This document shows, in pieces, positions 16,142 through 24,840 of a stretch of 39,570 nt of DNA. The position numbers and the translations under genes were made by a program. Positions within the stretch are counted from its first letter, which is position 1. Each line of letters opens with the position of its first letter. Source of the DNA: Opitutaceae bacterium (GTDB lineage Bacteria > Verrucomicrobiota > Verrucomicrobiia > Opitutales > Opitutaceae); the NCBI GenBank assembly GCA_035648795.1, contig DASRKV010000032.1, positions 1 to 39,570 on the forward strand, given 5' to 3'. The notes under the pieces were generated by a model that worked only from the letters and a program-made list of their open reading frames with translations, did no database searches and was not told the DNA's origin.

Positions 16142-17038
16142 TCAGGCCGAGGCCAGCGCGTTCTGCGTATTCAGGTGCTCGAAGCCGGTGTACTTCTGCG
16201 ACTGTTCGTCGGCGTGATAGCTCGACCGCACGAGCGGACCGCTCTCCACGACGCCGAAGCCGACCGACAGGCCGAATTGCTTCCATTGCTGGAACTCCTC
16301 CGGCGTCACCCAGCGATCCACCGGCAGATGTTGCGCCGTGGGTTGCAGGTACTGCCCGATGGTGAGGATCTCCACCCGGTCGCTGACCAGGTCGCGCAGC
16401 GTTTGCTCGATCTCCTCGCGCCGTTCCCCCAAGCCCAGCATGATTCCGGTCTTGATGGTGAAACCGCGCGCCTTGGCGTGGCGCAGCACCGTGCGGCTGC
16501 GGTCGTAGCGCGCCTGAACCCGCACCGGCTTCTGGAGCCGTTCCACGGTCTCGACATTGTGGTTGAAAATGTCCGGTCGCGCCTCGAGCACCGTGTCGAC
16601 GTCCGGCAGGTGGCCCTTGAAGTCGGGCACCAGGACTTCGATGGCGGTCTGCGGATTGCGGTGGCGCACGGCGCGAATCGTGGCGGCCCAGACGCCCGCT
16701 CCGCCGTCCGCGAGTTCATCGCGGGCGACGCTGGTGATCACGACGTGGCGGAGATTCATGCGGGCCACGGCCTCGGCCACGCGCGCCGGCTCGCCAAAAT
16801 CCAGTTCCGTCGGGCGGCCGGTCTGGATGGCGCAGAAGTTGCACGACCGGGTGCAGATGTTGCCGAGGATCATCACCGTGGCGGTGCCGCGCGACCAGCA
16901 TTCGCCGAGGTTCGGACATTGGGCGCTCTGGCAGACGGTATGCAGGCCCTCGCTATCGATGAGTTGGCGGACGGCGGCGTAGCCCGGGCCGTTCGGAAGC
17001 CTGGCCCGGAGCCAGGATGGTTTGTGCGACACCTGCAT
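16142..17038 (-). CDS. lipA: Lipoyl synthase
   Basis: From internal ATG 17038: MQVSHKPSWLRARLP...TVCQSAQCPNLGECW (auxiliary cluster), CTRSCNFCAI (radical SAM CxxxCxxC), GIMLGLGE. The 197-codon N-terminal extension of the listed ORF overlaps lipB and is Arg-rich nonsense. Confidence 0.95.
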   Translation of the reverse strand: MQVSHKPSWLRARLPNGPGYAAVRQLIDSEGLHTVCQSAQCPNLGECWSRGTATVMILGNICTRSCNFCAIQTGRPTELDFGEPARVAEAVARMNLRHVVITSVARDELADGGAGVWAATIRAVRHRNPQTAIEVLVPDFKGHLPDVDTVLEARPDIFNHNVETVERLQKPVRVQARYDRSRTVLRHAKARGFTIKTGIMLGLGERREEIEQTLRDLVSDRVEILTIGQYLQPTAQHLPVDRWVTPEEFQQWKQFGLSVGFGVVESGPLVRSSYHADEQSQKYTGFEHLNTQNALASA

Positions 17039-17115
17039 TTTTACGGAAGGAAACGGAGGAAACGAGGTTTGGCGAGCATGATTCCAGTCCGGAGAACCAA
17101 GGATCGGACTTTCGG

Positions 17116-17862
17116 CTACGAAGGGGAGGCAGCCGCAGTGCCGGCGTTTTCTTTTTTGCCCTCTGCCAGAAAAATCTTGAATTGCGTCCAGAACTCGGCG
17201 GCAAGCACCTGTTTCACCTCCGCGAGGTCGAACGCGCGGCCCAGTTCCTGCCGGATCGAGGTGACGGTGCCGTCGGTGATACCGCACGGCACGATGCCGG
17301 CGAACGGCCCTAGGTCGTTGTTCACGTTGAGCGCGAAGCCGTGGAAGGTCACCCAGCGTTTCACCGCCACGCCGATCGCGGCGATCTTCCGGGAACCAAG
17401 CCAGATGCCGGTCTTGCCCGGCCGCCGGGCCGCGGCGAGACCGAGGCTGCCCAGCGAGTGGATGAGCACCTGTTCGAGAAAACGCAGGTAGGCGTGAAGA
17501 TCCTGGTGCAGGTTCAGACTGACGATCGGATAGCCGACGATCTGCCCGGGACCGTGATAGGTGATGTCGCCGCCGCGGTTCGTCTCCACCAACTCGATGC
17601 CGCGGCGGGCGAGTTCGGCGGTATCCCACACGAGATTGCGCGCGGCGCCGGGCCGGACGCCGAGGGTGTACACCGGCTCGTGCTCGGTGAAAACGAGGGT
17701 GTCGCCGACTTCGCCGGCGAGCCGCTGCGCCACCAACGCCTCCTGTTGGCGCCAGGCCGCGGAATAGCGCGTGCGTCCCCAGTCAATGGTGACCGGCGCA
17801 GTCCGCTCCGGGCGGCTGGAGACGGGCCAGGGGAGCACAGGAGCGGCAGTTGCGGCAGCCAT
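17116..17862 (-). CDS. lipB: Octanoyltransferase (lipoyl(octanoyl) transferase)
   Basis: LVFTEHEPVYTLG, RGGDITYHGPGQIVGYPI, KIAAIGV...HGFALNV, IVPCGI (catalytic Cys). It lies immediately upstream of lipA. Confidence 0.9.
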   Translation of the reverse strand: MAAATAAPVLPWPVSSRPERTAPVTIDWGRTRYSAAWRQQEALVAQRLAGEVGDTLVFTEHEPVYTLGVRPGAARNLVWDTAELARRGIELVETNRGGDITYHGPGQIVGYPIVSLNLHQDLHAYLRFLEQVLIHSLGSLGLAAARRPGKTGIWLGSRKIAAIGVAVKRWVTFHGFALNVNNDLGPFAGIVPCGITDGTVTSIRQELGRAFDLAEVKQVLAAEFWTQFKIFLAEGKKENAGTAAASPS

Positions 17863-17991
17863 GGTGAAGACGATTATTGCCAGGAGTCAGGATCTCGCAA
17901 CTCCCGGCCCGGATGTTTCACCACGCGGCGATGCCTGCAGCGCAAGTCGCCGTGCCGGCTCGGGCGGCTCCAAGGAAACACCGCTTGATTG

Positions 17992-18045
17992 GTAGCCGCG
18001 AGCGGATGGTCGATCCCAAATCCGCTCGCTGGCGCTCGCCGCTAC
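17992..18045. repeat. Family-2 palindromic element, second copy
   Basis: GTAGCCGCGAGCGGATGGTCGATCCCAAATCCGCTCGCTGGCGCTCGCCGCTAC. It is followed by a tail of about 60 nt resembling the tail after copy 14535..14598. Confidence 0.65.
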
Positions 18046-18206
18046 ACCCCAGCCGAGGTTTCTTTCCGTCCGGCGCAAAGCGCGTTTTGCGGTTTGGGAC
18101 TGCATCGTTACGGCCAAGACCGGCGCCACGGCCTGGGCCGCTGCCTCCGCCGCGGTGGAAAACATCCGGCCTGGTGCCGCGCGGGACTTCGTCCGCCGCG
18201 TGGCTT

Positions 18207-19511
18207 TTACCCCACCAGCCATAAACTGGCGGCGCCGACGGCGATCGTGAGTCCGAGCACGAGCGCCACCTGCCGGCGTAAACGGGGCGAGCCGAGCGAG
18301 AGCGCAAAACAACCTTTCAGGACGGAATTGCCAATCACGGCCAGGATGACCGACCGCGTGGCGAGCAAGGGCGCGACGCTGGAGTCATTCCGACTGTTCG
18401 CCATGAGCAGGGAGATCGCATCCGTGTCGGTGAGGCCGGAGATGAAACTGAGGGACAGCAGGCCACCATGCAGTTTGAAATGCGTGGCGGCCTTCACCAG
18501 GAAGGAGACCGCGGCGTAGATGACTCCGAACTTGATGGCAATGGCGAGGCTCAACGGATTGTGCAGGTGGGGCGTCGCGACGTCGTTTTTCGTCGGACGG
18601 TTGAACAGCCAGACCCACAGCCCGAAGGCGATCCCGGGCACCGCCATGAGCGCAAACGGCACGATCAGCGAAATCGCCAGCTCGCGATTGATGACGCCGA
18701 TCACCACGAGAATGCGCGCCAGCATGACGGTGCAGGCCACGATCACGGCCAGGGCGTAGCTGGCGGACAGCGTCGGGTCGTCCTTGCTGCGGCGGCTGAA
18801 AGCGAGCGTGGTGGCCGTGCTCGACGCGACCCCGCCCACCAGGCCGGTGATGGAAATGCCCGCTTTGGCGCCGAGCAGCCGCATCATGATGTAGCCGGCG
18901 AATCCCATGCCGGAGATGAGCACGACCATCAGCCACGTCGAATAGGGGTTGAAGGCGTCGAACGGGCCGAAATTCCGGTTCGGCACCAGCGGCAGCACCA
19001 CGCCGGTGGTGGCCACGAACTGCAGCGTCGCGCGGATGTCATCGACGGTGAAAGCGCGCGTCCAGGCGTGGATCGGCTGCTTGAGACCGATCATGACCGC
19101 GGTGGCGGCGGCCACGAGGATGGCGGCCTGGGTGTATTCCCATTGCACGAGGGCTCCGAGCAGACAGGTCAGGAGCGACGCGGCAAACGTGGTGCTGCCC
19201 GGGTGGGAGCCGCCGGTGTTCTTGAGATGCAGGGCGGTGAGGTGAATGCCAACCAAAGCGATCACGATCGGCAGCACGGCGGCGGCATAGTTCTGGCTGA
19301 GGAAAGCGGCGACGCAGCCCAGGATGGCCCAGAACGTATAGGTGCGGACGCCACCGAAATCCGCTTCTCCGCTGGGAGATAATTTCTGGTCGCTCCACTG
19401 GCGGATCAAGCCCACCAGCGCGCCGAGGCAGGCGCTCACCACGATTGACGGAACGAGATTCGACACGGGGGACGTGGCAGGCAGGATGATCGAATGGTCG
19501 CGCCCGCGCAA
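18207..19511 (-). CDS. MgtC/SapB family membrane protein with DUF4010-type C-terminal domain
   Basis: 434 aa and polytopic. The N-terminal block SACLGALVGLIRQW is MgtC-like. The C-terminal half (GLVGGVASSTATTLAFS...ISGLTDTDAISL) is typical of the DUF4010 extension. Confidence 0.85.
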   Translation of the reverse strand: MRGRDHSIILPATSPVSNLVPSIVVSACLGALVGLIRQWSDQKLSPSGEADFGGVRTYTFWAILGCVAAFLSQNYAAAVLPIVIALVGIHLTALHLKNTGGSHPGSTTFAASLLTCLLGALVQWEYTQAAILVAAATAVMIGLKQPIHAWTRAFTVDDIRATLQFVATTGVVLPLVPNRNFGPFDAFNPYSTWLMVVLISGMGFAGYIMMRLLGAKAGISITGLVGGVASSTATTLAFSRRSKDDPTLSASYALAVIVACTVMLARILVVIGVINRELAISLIVPFALMAVPGIAFGLWVWLFNRPTKNDVATPHLHNPLSLAIAIKFGVIYAAVSFLVKAATHFKLHGGLLSLSFISGLTDTDAISLLMANSRNDSSVAPLLATRSVILAVIGNSVLKGCFALSLGSPRLRRQVALVLGLTIAVGAASLWLVG

Positions 19512-19849
19512 GCGTGGAGGCGCCGGCTGGCGTGCCGCGATGAAACCAGAATCTGGTGGCTACGAAGAGGCGCCATCAACCACGAAAGGAGACGGCATGC
19601 TCTTTGCGCGTTCTCGGGTCTTTTTGGGGCGGCTCAAAAAACCCGTGGCGCCGTCTCGTCCGTCAACAATTCGGGCGCCGATTTCACCAGCTAAAATCCA
19701 CTCGACTTTAGCCTGTGGACGACAGAATCCTTCGGAGATTGCTTCAAGGATGAATGTCGCCCGCTGTTTCGCAATGCCTCGGGGCTTGCCCCGAGGAACT
19801 TTACCTCTATCCGGCCACAATCCATTGCCTCAGACCCCAATTAAAGATC

Positions 19850-20290
19850 ATGGCAATCTATCGAGATACTCCCTACGGCAACGCGCAGTTCCTGGTGGAA
19901 ATCGATAACATCAACAAGCCCGGCTTCCTCGTCGCCCAGCTGCCGGACTTGATCCTCGATCAAACCGAGTACCGCGAAGGCGGTGATGTTTTGCTCCAGA
20001 GCACTCCGGTCGCCAAACGTCCGCATTTTGGGACGCTGGTCCTCAAACGCGGTTTTCATGGCGGCTTGGATCTCTACAATTGGTGGAAGGATGCCGCCAC
20101 CGGGCAGCCGAATGCGAAGCGCAATGGGACGATCACGCTGCAGACTGAAGACCGGACTGCCAATGTTGCAGCGTGGCACATTACCGGCGCCCTGCCCGTG
20201 CGGTACGGGTTTTCTCCGCTCGACGGCCAGGACGGCGGAACTCTGATCGAAATGATTGAGATCGCCTGCCAGAATGTGGCGATGGAATAG
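19850..20290 (+). CDS. Phage tail-tube-like protein (T4 gp19 / contractile-injection-system tube family), orphan copy
   Basis: From internal ATG 19850: MAIYRDTPYGNAQFLVEIDNINKPGFLVAQLPDLILDQTEYREGGDV...FGTLVLKRGFHGGLDLYNWW...ITLQTEDRTANVAAWHITGALPVRYGFSPLDGQDGGTLIEMIEIACQNVAME. It matches the conserved pattern of the 'conserved hypothetical phage tail region protein' family (FxVEIDG..., EYREGG, LxLKRG, WxxxNAxPVKY, AIExLEL). Confidence 0.85.
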   Translation: MAIYRDTPYGNAQFLVEIDNINKPGFLVAQLPDLILDQTEYREGGDVLLQSTPVAKRPHFGTLVLKRGFHGGLDLYNWWKDAATGQPNAKRNGTITLQTEDRTANVAAWHITGALPVRYGFSPLDGQDGGTLIEMIEIACQNVAME

Positions 20291-20942
20291 CGACGGACGA
20301 CCGGCGTTGCCGCGACCACCGGTGCCGACGGGCGCGTTCCGCGCACCGCCGCCAGTCCCGGTCGCGCCCGCGGGCTCTCTCCTAAACGCCAGCGACATCC
20401 AGCGGCGGCGGGAAGAGCGTTATGCGCTGGCCCGCAGTCTGCTTGGGCGTTGCGACCGCCGGCGGGCTTCGATCGGGTTGCAGGCCGCGGGCTTGGTCGC
20501 GGCCAACGTTGGGCTGCTTGTGGCGCTGGTCATTTTGCTCTACGTGGTGGTCGGCAGCGAATCGATCGGCGGCCTCGTAGGGGTTGTGGTGCGTTTTTGG
20601 CTGGCCGGGAACGGATTGTTTATCCTCGCATCGGTGGTGGCCGCGATCTGGGCGATGCGCGACTTCGCACGGGCACGACCCGCGGTCTCCGGTCAGGCAT
20701 CCGAGGCGCTCTTCTTTGATCTCGATGAGACCGCCGAGAACTTTGAATCGGCTGCGCAGTTTGACGCCGCATTCCGATCGGCGCTGAACGAGGAGATGAT
20801 CCGCCGTGCCTCCGCCGCGTTGTGGCGGGCGACGCGAGGCGTGCACCGCCAGCGCCGCGCATTGCGCTGGGCGTCACAGATCCTCCTCCTGGCGCTTGCC
20901 GTGACCATCGGCTCGGTCGTTCTGGTGCTGCTGTGTGCGTAG
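20256..20942 (+). CDS. Hypothetical multi-TM membrane protein (3-4 helices, C-terminal anchor)
   Basis: Protein-like codon usage. Hydrophobic helices: IGLQAAGLVAANVGLLVALVILLYVVV, LVGVVVRFWLAGNGLFILASVVAAIWAM, SQILLLALAVTIGSVVLVLL, with a charged helical segment between them. The start is uncertain: ATG 20256 or 20274 (overlapping the tube gene) or GTG 20322. Confidence 0.6.
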   Translation: MRSPARMWRWNSDGRPALPRPPVPTGAFRAPPPVPVAPAGSLLNASDIQRRREERYALARSLLGRCDRRRASIGLQAAGLVAANVGLLVALVILLYVVVGSESIGGLVGVVVRFWLAGNGLFILASVVAAIWAMRDFARARPAVSGQASEALFFDLDETAENFESAAQFDAAFRSALNEEMIRRASAALWRATRGVHRQRRALRWASQILLLALAVTIGSVVLVLLCA

Positions 20943-21203
20943 GGAAATGGTAGTGGCGCGGGCGTCCCGGCCGTGGTTGGAATTTGCCACGTTCCGATCC
21001 TTGCCGGGTAGTTCTCCGTGGCCTCCTTCCGTGCCTCCGTGCGCTCTGGGACCGGTTTGGATACAAGAATCTGGATCCTGCTTTCCTGATTTCCACATGG
21101 GTTCTGGCCGCGTAACTTCGCCAGAGAATGGTCGGGCCAGTGCCGCGGCTCCCACAGTTTCCCATTGCCCACGCGGCCCCCGCATGGCACCGTGCGCGGT
21201 TCC

Positions 21204-22673
21204 ATGAGTGAGATTCCGAGCGAAATCACCCACGACCAGTATGCCGTGCGCCTGAAGAAGCTGCAGGACCTGCGCGCGGCGGGAATCGATCCCTTCCGCG
21301 CGGCTTTTTCGCCGACGCATTTCTCCGGGGAGGCGCTCAAACTTTATGTCGAGGGACAGGAAAACGTCGTGCCGGTGAAGATCGCGGGCCGTCTGCTGGT
21401 CATGCGCGACATGGGCAAGAGCCAGTTCGTCAAGATCCTGGACCAGCAGGGCCTGCTCCAGCTCTACGTGAAGAAAGACGTGCTGGGCGACGAGGCCTAC
21501 GCCGCCTTCCGGAAGCTCGACCTGGGCGACATCATCGGCGCCGAAGGCACGCTCTTCAAGACGAGGGCCGGCGAAATCACCGTGCGGGTCGAGCGCTACG
21601 TGCTCCTGGCGAAGGCGCTGCGGCCGCTGCCGGAAAAGTGGCACGGTCTCACCGATCCGGAGCAGGTCTACCGCCAGCGCTACCTCGATGTCATCGTCAA
21701 CGACGAGTCGCGCCGGCGGCTGTTGCAGCGCAGCCGGATCGTGACCGCGATCCGCCGTTTTCTCGAGGACCGCCAGTTCATCGAGCTGGAAACGCCGATC
21801 CTGCAGTCCGTGGCCGGCGGCGCGGCGGCCAAGCCCTTCACCACCCACCATAATGCCCTCGGCTGCGATTTCTACCTGCGGATCTCGCTCGAACTCTACC
21901 TGAAGCGCATGCTCGTGGGCGGCTGGGACCGCGTGTTCGAGATCGGCCGCAACTTTCGCAACGAGGGGATCTCGCGGAAGCACAACCCGGAGTTCACGAT
22001 GCTCGAGGTCTACCAGGCCTACTCCGACCATCGCGGCATGATGCTCCTGATCCGGGACCTGCTGACGACCCTCTGCCGCGACGTGCTCGGCACGTGCGAG
22101 ATCAAACACGCTCCGAGCGGGCAGGTGATCAACTTTGGCGGCGACTGGCGCGAGGTGAAATACAAGGATCTCATCATCGCGGAGACGGGCGATGCGGAAT
22201 GGTTTGGCCGGAGCAAGACGGAGAAGGTGGCCGCGGCCGAAAAACTCGGACTGAAGATCGAACCGCACTGGGAGGAGTTCGAAATCACCAACGAGATCTT
22301 TGCCAAGCGGATCGAGCCGACCCTCATCCAGCCGACGTTCGTCCTCAACCTGCCGAAGGAACTCTGTCCGCTGGCCAAGATCAATCGCGAAGATCCCACG
22401 ACCCTCGACGTGTTCGAACTCACGATCGGGGGGATGGAGATCGCGCCGGCCTATTCGGAGCAGAACGATCCTTTCGTCCAGCGCGAGATGTTCGAGGCCC
22501 AGGCCGGGGAGGAGAAACAGAACATCGATCGGGATTTCCTGCTCGCCCTCGAATACGGGATGCCCCCAGCCGGAGGCATGGGCGTGGGCATCGACCGCCT
22601 CTGCATCCTGCTCACCGGCGCGGACAGCATCCGCGACGTGATTCTCTTCCCGCAGTTGCGCCCGGGCGGCTGA
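21204..22673 (+). CDS. lysS: Lysine--tRNA ligase (class II)
   Basis: From ATG 21204: MSEIPSEITHDQYAVRLKKLQDLR... OB-fold anticodon-binding domain. Class II motifs: FIELETPIL, FRNEGISRKHNPEFTMLE, GMGVGIDRLCILL. Confidence 0.95.
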   Translation: MSEIPSEITHDQYAVRLKKLQDLRAAGIDPFRAAFSPTHFSGEALKLYVEGQENVVPVKIAGRLLVMRDMGKSQFVKILDQQGLLQLYVKKDVLGDEAYAAFRKLDLGDIIGAEGTLFKTRAGEITVRVERYVLLAKALRPLPEKWHGLTDPEQVYRQRYLDVIVNDESRRRLLQRSRIVTAIRRFLEDRQFIELETPILQSVAGGAAAKPFTTHHNALGCDFYLRISLELYLKRMLVGGWDRVFEIGRNFRNEGISRKHNPEFTMLEVYQAYSDHRGMMLLIRDLLTTLCRDVLGTCEIKHAPSGQVINFGGDWREVKYKDLIIAETGDAEWFGRSKTEKVAAAEKLGLKIEPHWEEFEITNEIFAKRIEPTLIQPTFVLNLPKELCPLAKINREDPTTLDVFELTIGGMEIAPAYSEQNDPFVQREMFEAQAGEEKQNIDRDFLLALEYGMPPAGGMGVGIDRLCILLTGADSIRDVILFPQLRPGG

Positions 22674-22760
22674 ATCGGTTGTTTCATACCGCGGCTGACG
22701 CCGCCACCAAAGGCAGGGACCGATTCTACAGGTTCAGGCTTTGGAGTTCTTGAGCAGATG

Positions 22761-22865
22761 CGCGTGAATGGTGCGGCCCAAGTCCGCGGCGCTGCCACCG
22801 TACACCCTGTGGGCGACGATTTCCGCGATGAGTTCGGACGCGCCGGTGGCCGATGATCTGCGCGT
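22761..22865 (-). pseudogene. Relic copy of the lpdA 3' end (about 105 nt)
   Basis: By-eye alignment with 24913..25015 of the intact lpdA shows about 85% nucleotide identity plus one indel. It translates to [29 protein letters not shown], versus Lpd[30 protein letters not shown]. Homology stops before the essential PTLSE block. Confidence 0.75.
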
Positions 22866-23015
22866 CGAATTGGAGAGTGGTTTGTGTTGCCGGAGAATCT
22901 CAGCAAGGTGCAGGAGAAGTTTCCACGAGAGGCGGGAGCATCTTCGCCCGATGACGCCTGAGATTGACCAGTTTAAGCGGCTGCCCATCGTAGTCATCCT
23001 GTCTGGGACCAATCA

Positions 23016-24824
23016 ATGGATTTGCCTATGAATGAGACGTCGGCCTCGTTCCTGCGTCGGATTTGCCTTTCCGCGCTTCGTCTCGGTTTAATCTCCGGCG
23101 CTTTGGGCGCGGTGAGCCGGGCGGCGGGTCCGGATCAATCCTTGGGCGACTCCGTCCGGGGCCGGACCCTGTTCCAGCAGAGCTGCGCGCTTTGCCACGC
23201 CACCGCCCTGGAAAAGCAGGTCGCCGCCGGACAGGGGCCCCTCCTTGCTGGTATCGTGGGGCGCCACGCCGCTTCTCTCGCGAACTTCAGCTACACGAAG
23301 GCGCTGCAGGCGTCCGATCTCACGTGGGATGCCGGCACGTTGGACCGGTTTCTCGCGGGCCCGCAGATTTTGGTTCCCGGAACCGCGATGGCGGCGGCGG
23401 TTTCGGACTCAACCGATCGCCGGGATCTCATTGCGTTCCTCGGGACTTTGCCCCGCGTAGAGGCGGTTGTGGGAGCGGCGGGCGCTGCGCCGGTCGTTTT
23501 CCCCGCCGTTGGCAGATCCGATCGCGGCGATTGGCGCAATGACGGACCCGGCATTCGGCATTCCATCTCGCTCGAAATGCTGCCCGCGCCTTACGCTACG
23601 ACCTCGGCCGGGAACTCGCCCACCGTTGTCGACCGACCATCGGGCGCCGCCTTGTCGGTTCCTTCGGGCTTCGCCGTTCAGTTGTTCGCCTCCGGTTTGT
23701 CTGGGCCCCGGCTGATGCGCGTCGCGCCCAACGGGGACATTTTCATCGCGGAGACCGGCAGAGACCGTGTCCGGGTGCTTCGGGCCACGGATGGCGCAAA
23801 CCATCCCTCCCAGATGGCGGTCTTTGCGGATGGCCTTCGCGGGCCGTTTGGCATCGCGTTCTATCCTCTCGGCCCGGATCCGCGGTGGATCTATGTGGCC
23901 AACCTTAATTCCGTGGTCCGTTTTTCCTACCGCAACGGCGACCTCACCGCGCGTGGTCCCGCCGAGGTTGTCGTGCCCAGCCTCGCCGAGTCCACGGGCG
24001 GGCATACGACGCGCGACGTCGCGTTTTCCCTGGACGGCCGGCGCATGTTCATCTCGGTCGGTTCCGGATCGAACGTCGCGGAAACCATGCCGGCGAAATC
24101 TCCGGCCGAGATCCGGCCTTGGGTGGCTGCACACGGGTTGGGCGCGGCCTGGGGCTTCGAGGCAAGACGGGCCGACATCCTGGCGACTGATCCCGAAGGC
24201 CGCCAGCCCGCGCGGATGTTTGCGACCGGAATCCGCAATGCGGTGGGACTGGCCGTGAACCCGGCCACCGGAGAGCTGTGGGCGTCGACCAACGAGCGCG
24301 ACGCCCTGGGCGACGACTTGGTGCCGGATTACATCACTCATGTGCGCGAGGGCGGATTTTACGGCTGGCCGTGGTATTACCTGGGAAGCCATGAAGACCC
24401 ACGCCACGCTGGTGAAAGGCCCGATCTTGCCGGCCACGTCATCGTTCCCGACGTCCTGTTGCAGCCCCATTCGGCGTCATTGCAAATGGTGTTCTATGCG
24501 GCCACGGCGGGAGTGGCGGTGTTTCCCGCCGAGTACCGCGGGGACATATTTGCGGCTTTTCACGGATCCTGGAATCGCAGCATCCGCACCGGCAGCAAGG
24601 TCGTTCGCGTGCGATTCAGGAATGGTGTTCCGACGGGTGACTACGAAGATTTCGTCACGGGTTTCGTGATCGACGACCGCCATGTCTGGGGCCGGCCGGT
24701 GGGTGTAGCCGTGGCCCGCGACGGCGCGCTGCTGGTGACGGACGACGCCAACGGCACCGTATGGCGCATCGCCTATCTGGGCCGCGGCAGCAGTGGAACA
24801 GCGGCGGAAGCGGGATCGCATTAA
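23016..24824 (+). CDS. Cytochrome c domain fused to PQQ-dependent sugar (glucose/sorbosone) dehydrogenase beta-propeller
   Basis: Signal-like N-terminus. Haem-c motif CALCH, with a downstream Met region (PGTAM). Propeller blocks typical of soluble sorbosone/glucose dehydrogenases: GPRLMRVAPNGDIFIAE, GPFGIAFYP, GIRNAVGLAVNPATGELWASTNERD, EGGFYGWPWYY. Confidence 0.85.
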   Translation: MDLPMNETSASFLRRICLSALRLGLISGALGAVSRAAGPDQSLGDSVRGRTLFQQSCALCHATALEKQVAAGQGPLLAGIVGRHAASLANFSYTKALQASDLTWDAGTLDRFLAGPQILVPGTAMAAAVSDSTDRRDLIAFLGTLPRVEAVVGAAGAAPVVFPAVGRSDRGDWRNDGPGIRHSISLEMLPAPYATTSAGNSPTVVDRPSGAALSVPSGFAVQLFASGLSGPRLMRVAPNGDIFIAETGRDRVRVLRATDGANHPSQMAVFADGLRGPFGIAFYPLGPDPRWIYVANLNSVVRFSYRNGDLTARGPAEVVVPSLAESTGGHTTRDVAFSLDGRRMFISVGSGSNVAETMPAKSPAEIRPWVAAHGLGAAWGFEARRADILATDPEGRQPARMFATGIRNAVGLAVNPATGELWASTNERDALGDDLVPDYITHVREGGFYGWPWYYLGSHEDPRHAGERPDLAGHVIVPDVLLQPHSASLQMVFYAATAGVAVFPAEYRGDIFAAFHGSWNRSIRTGSKVVRVRFRNGVPTGDYEDFVTGFVIDDRHVWGRPVGVAVARDGALLVTDDANGTVWRIAYLGRGSSGTAAEAGSH

Positions 24825-24840
24825 GAGCCGATCCAACAGA

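Noticed and set aside
17039-17629. N-terminal 197-codon extension of the lipA ORF (listed as 16142..17629, 495 aa), and + ORF 16175..17491
   Set aside because: The extension is Arg/Pro/His-rich, overlaps lipB in another frame, and LipA homology starts at the internal ATG 17038. The + ORF is antisense to lipA and lipB.
18385-19382. ORFs 18385..18936 (minus) and 18468..19382 (plus) inside the MgtC/DUF4010 gene
   Set aside because: They are off-frame or antisense shadows. Only the 434-aa frame gives coherent TM helices.
20874-22268. Minus ORF of 464 aa
   Set aside because: It is antisense to lysS.
22734-23012. Minus ORF of 92 aa
   Set aside because: Only its last ~30 codons are meaningful, and they are a degraded copy of the lpdA C-terminus lacking the essential end. 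I call it a relic, not a gene.
23409-24470. Minus ORF of 353 aa
   Set aside because: It is antisense to the cytochrome-c/PQQ dehydrogenase gene.
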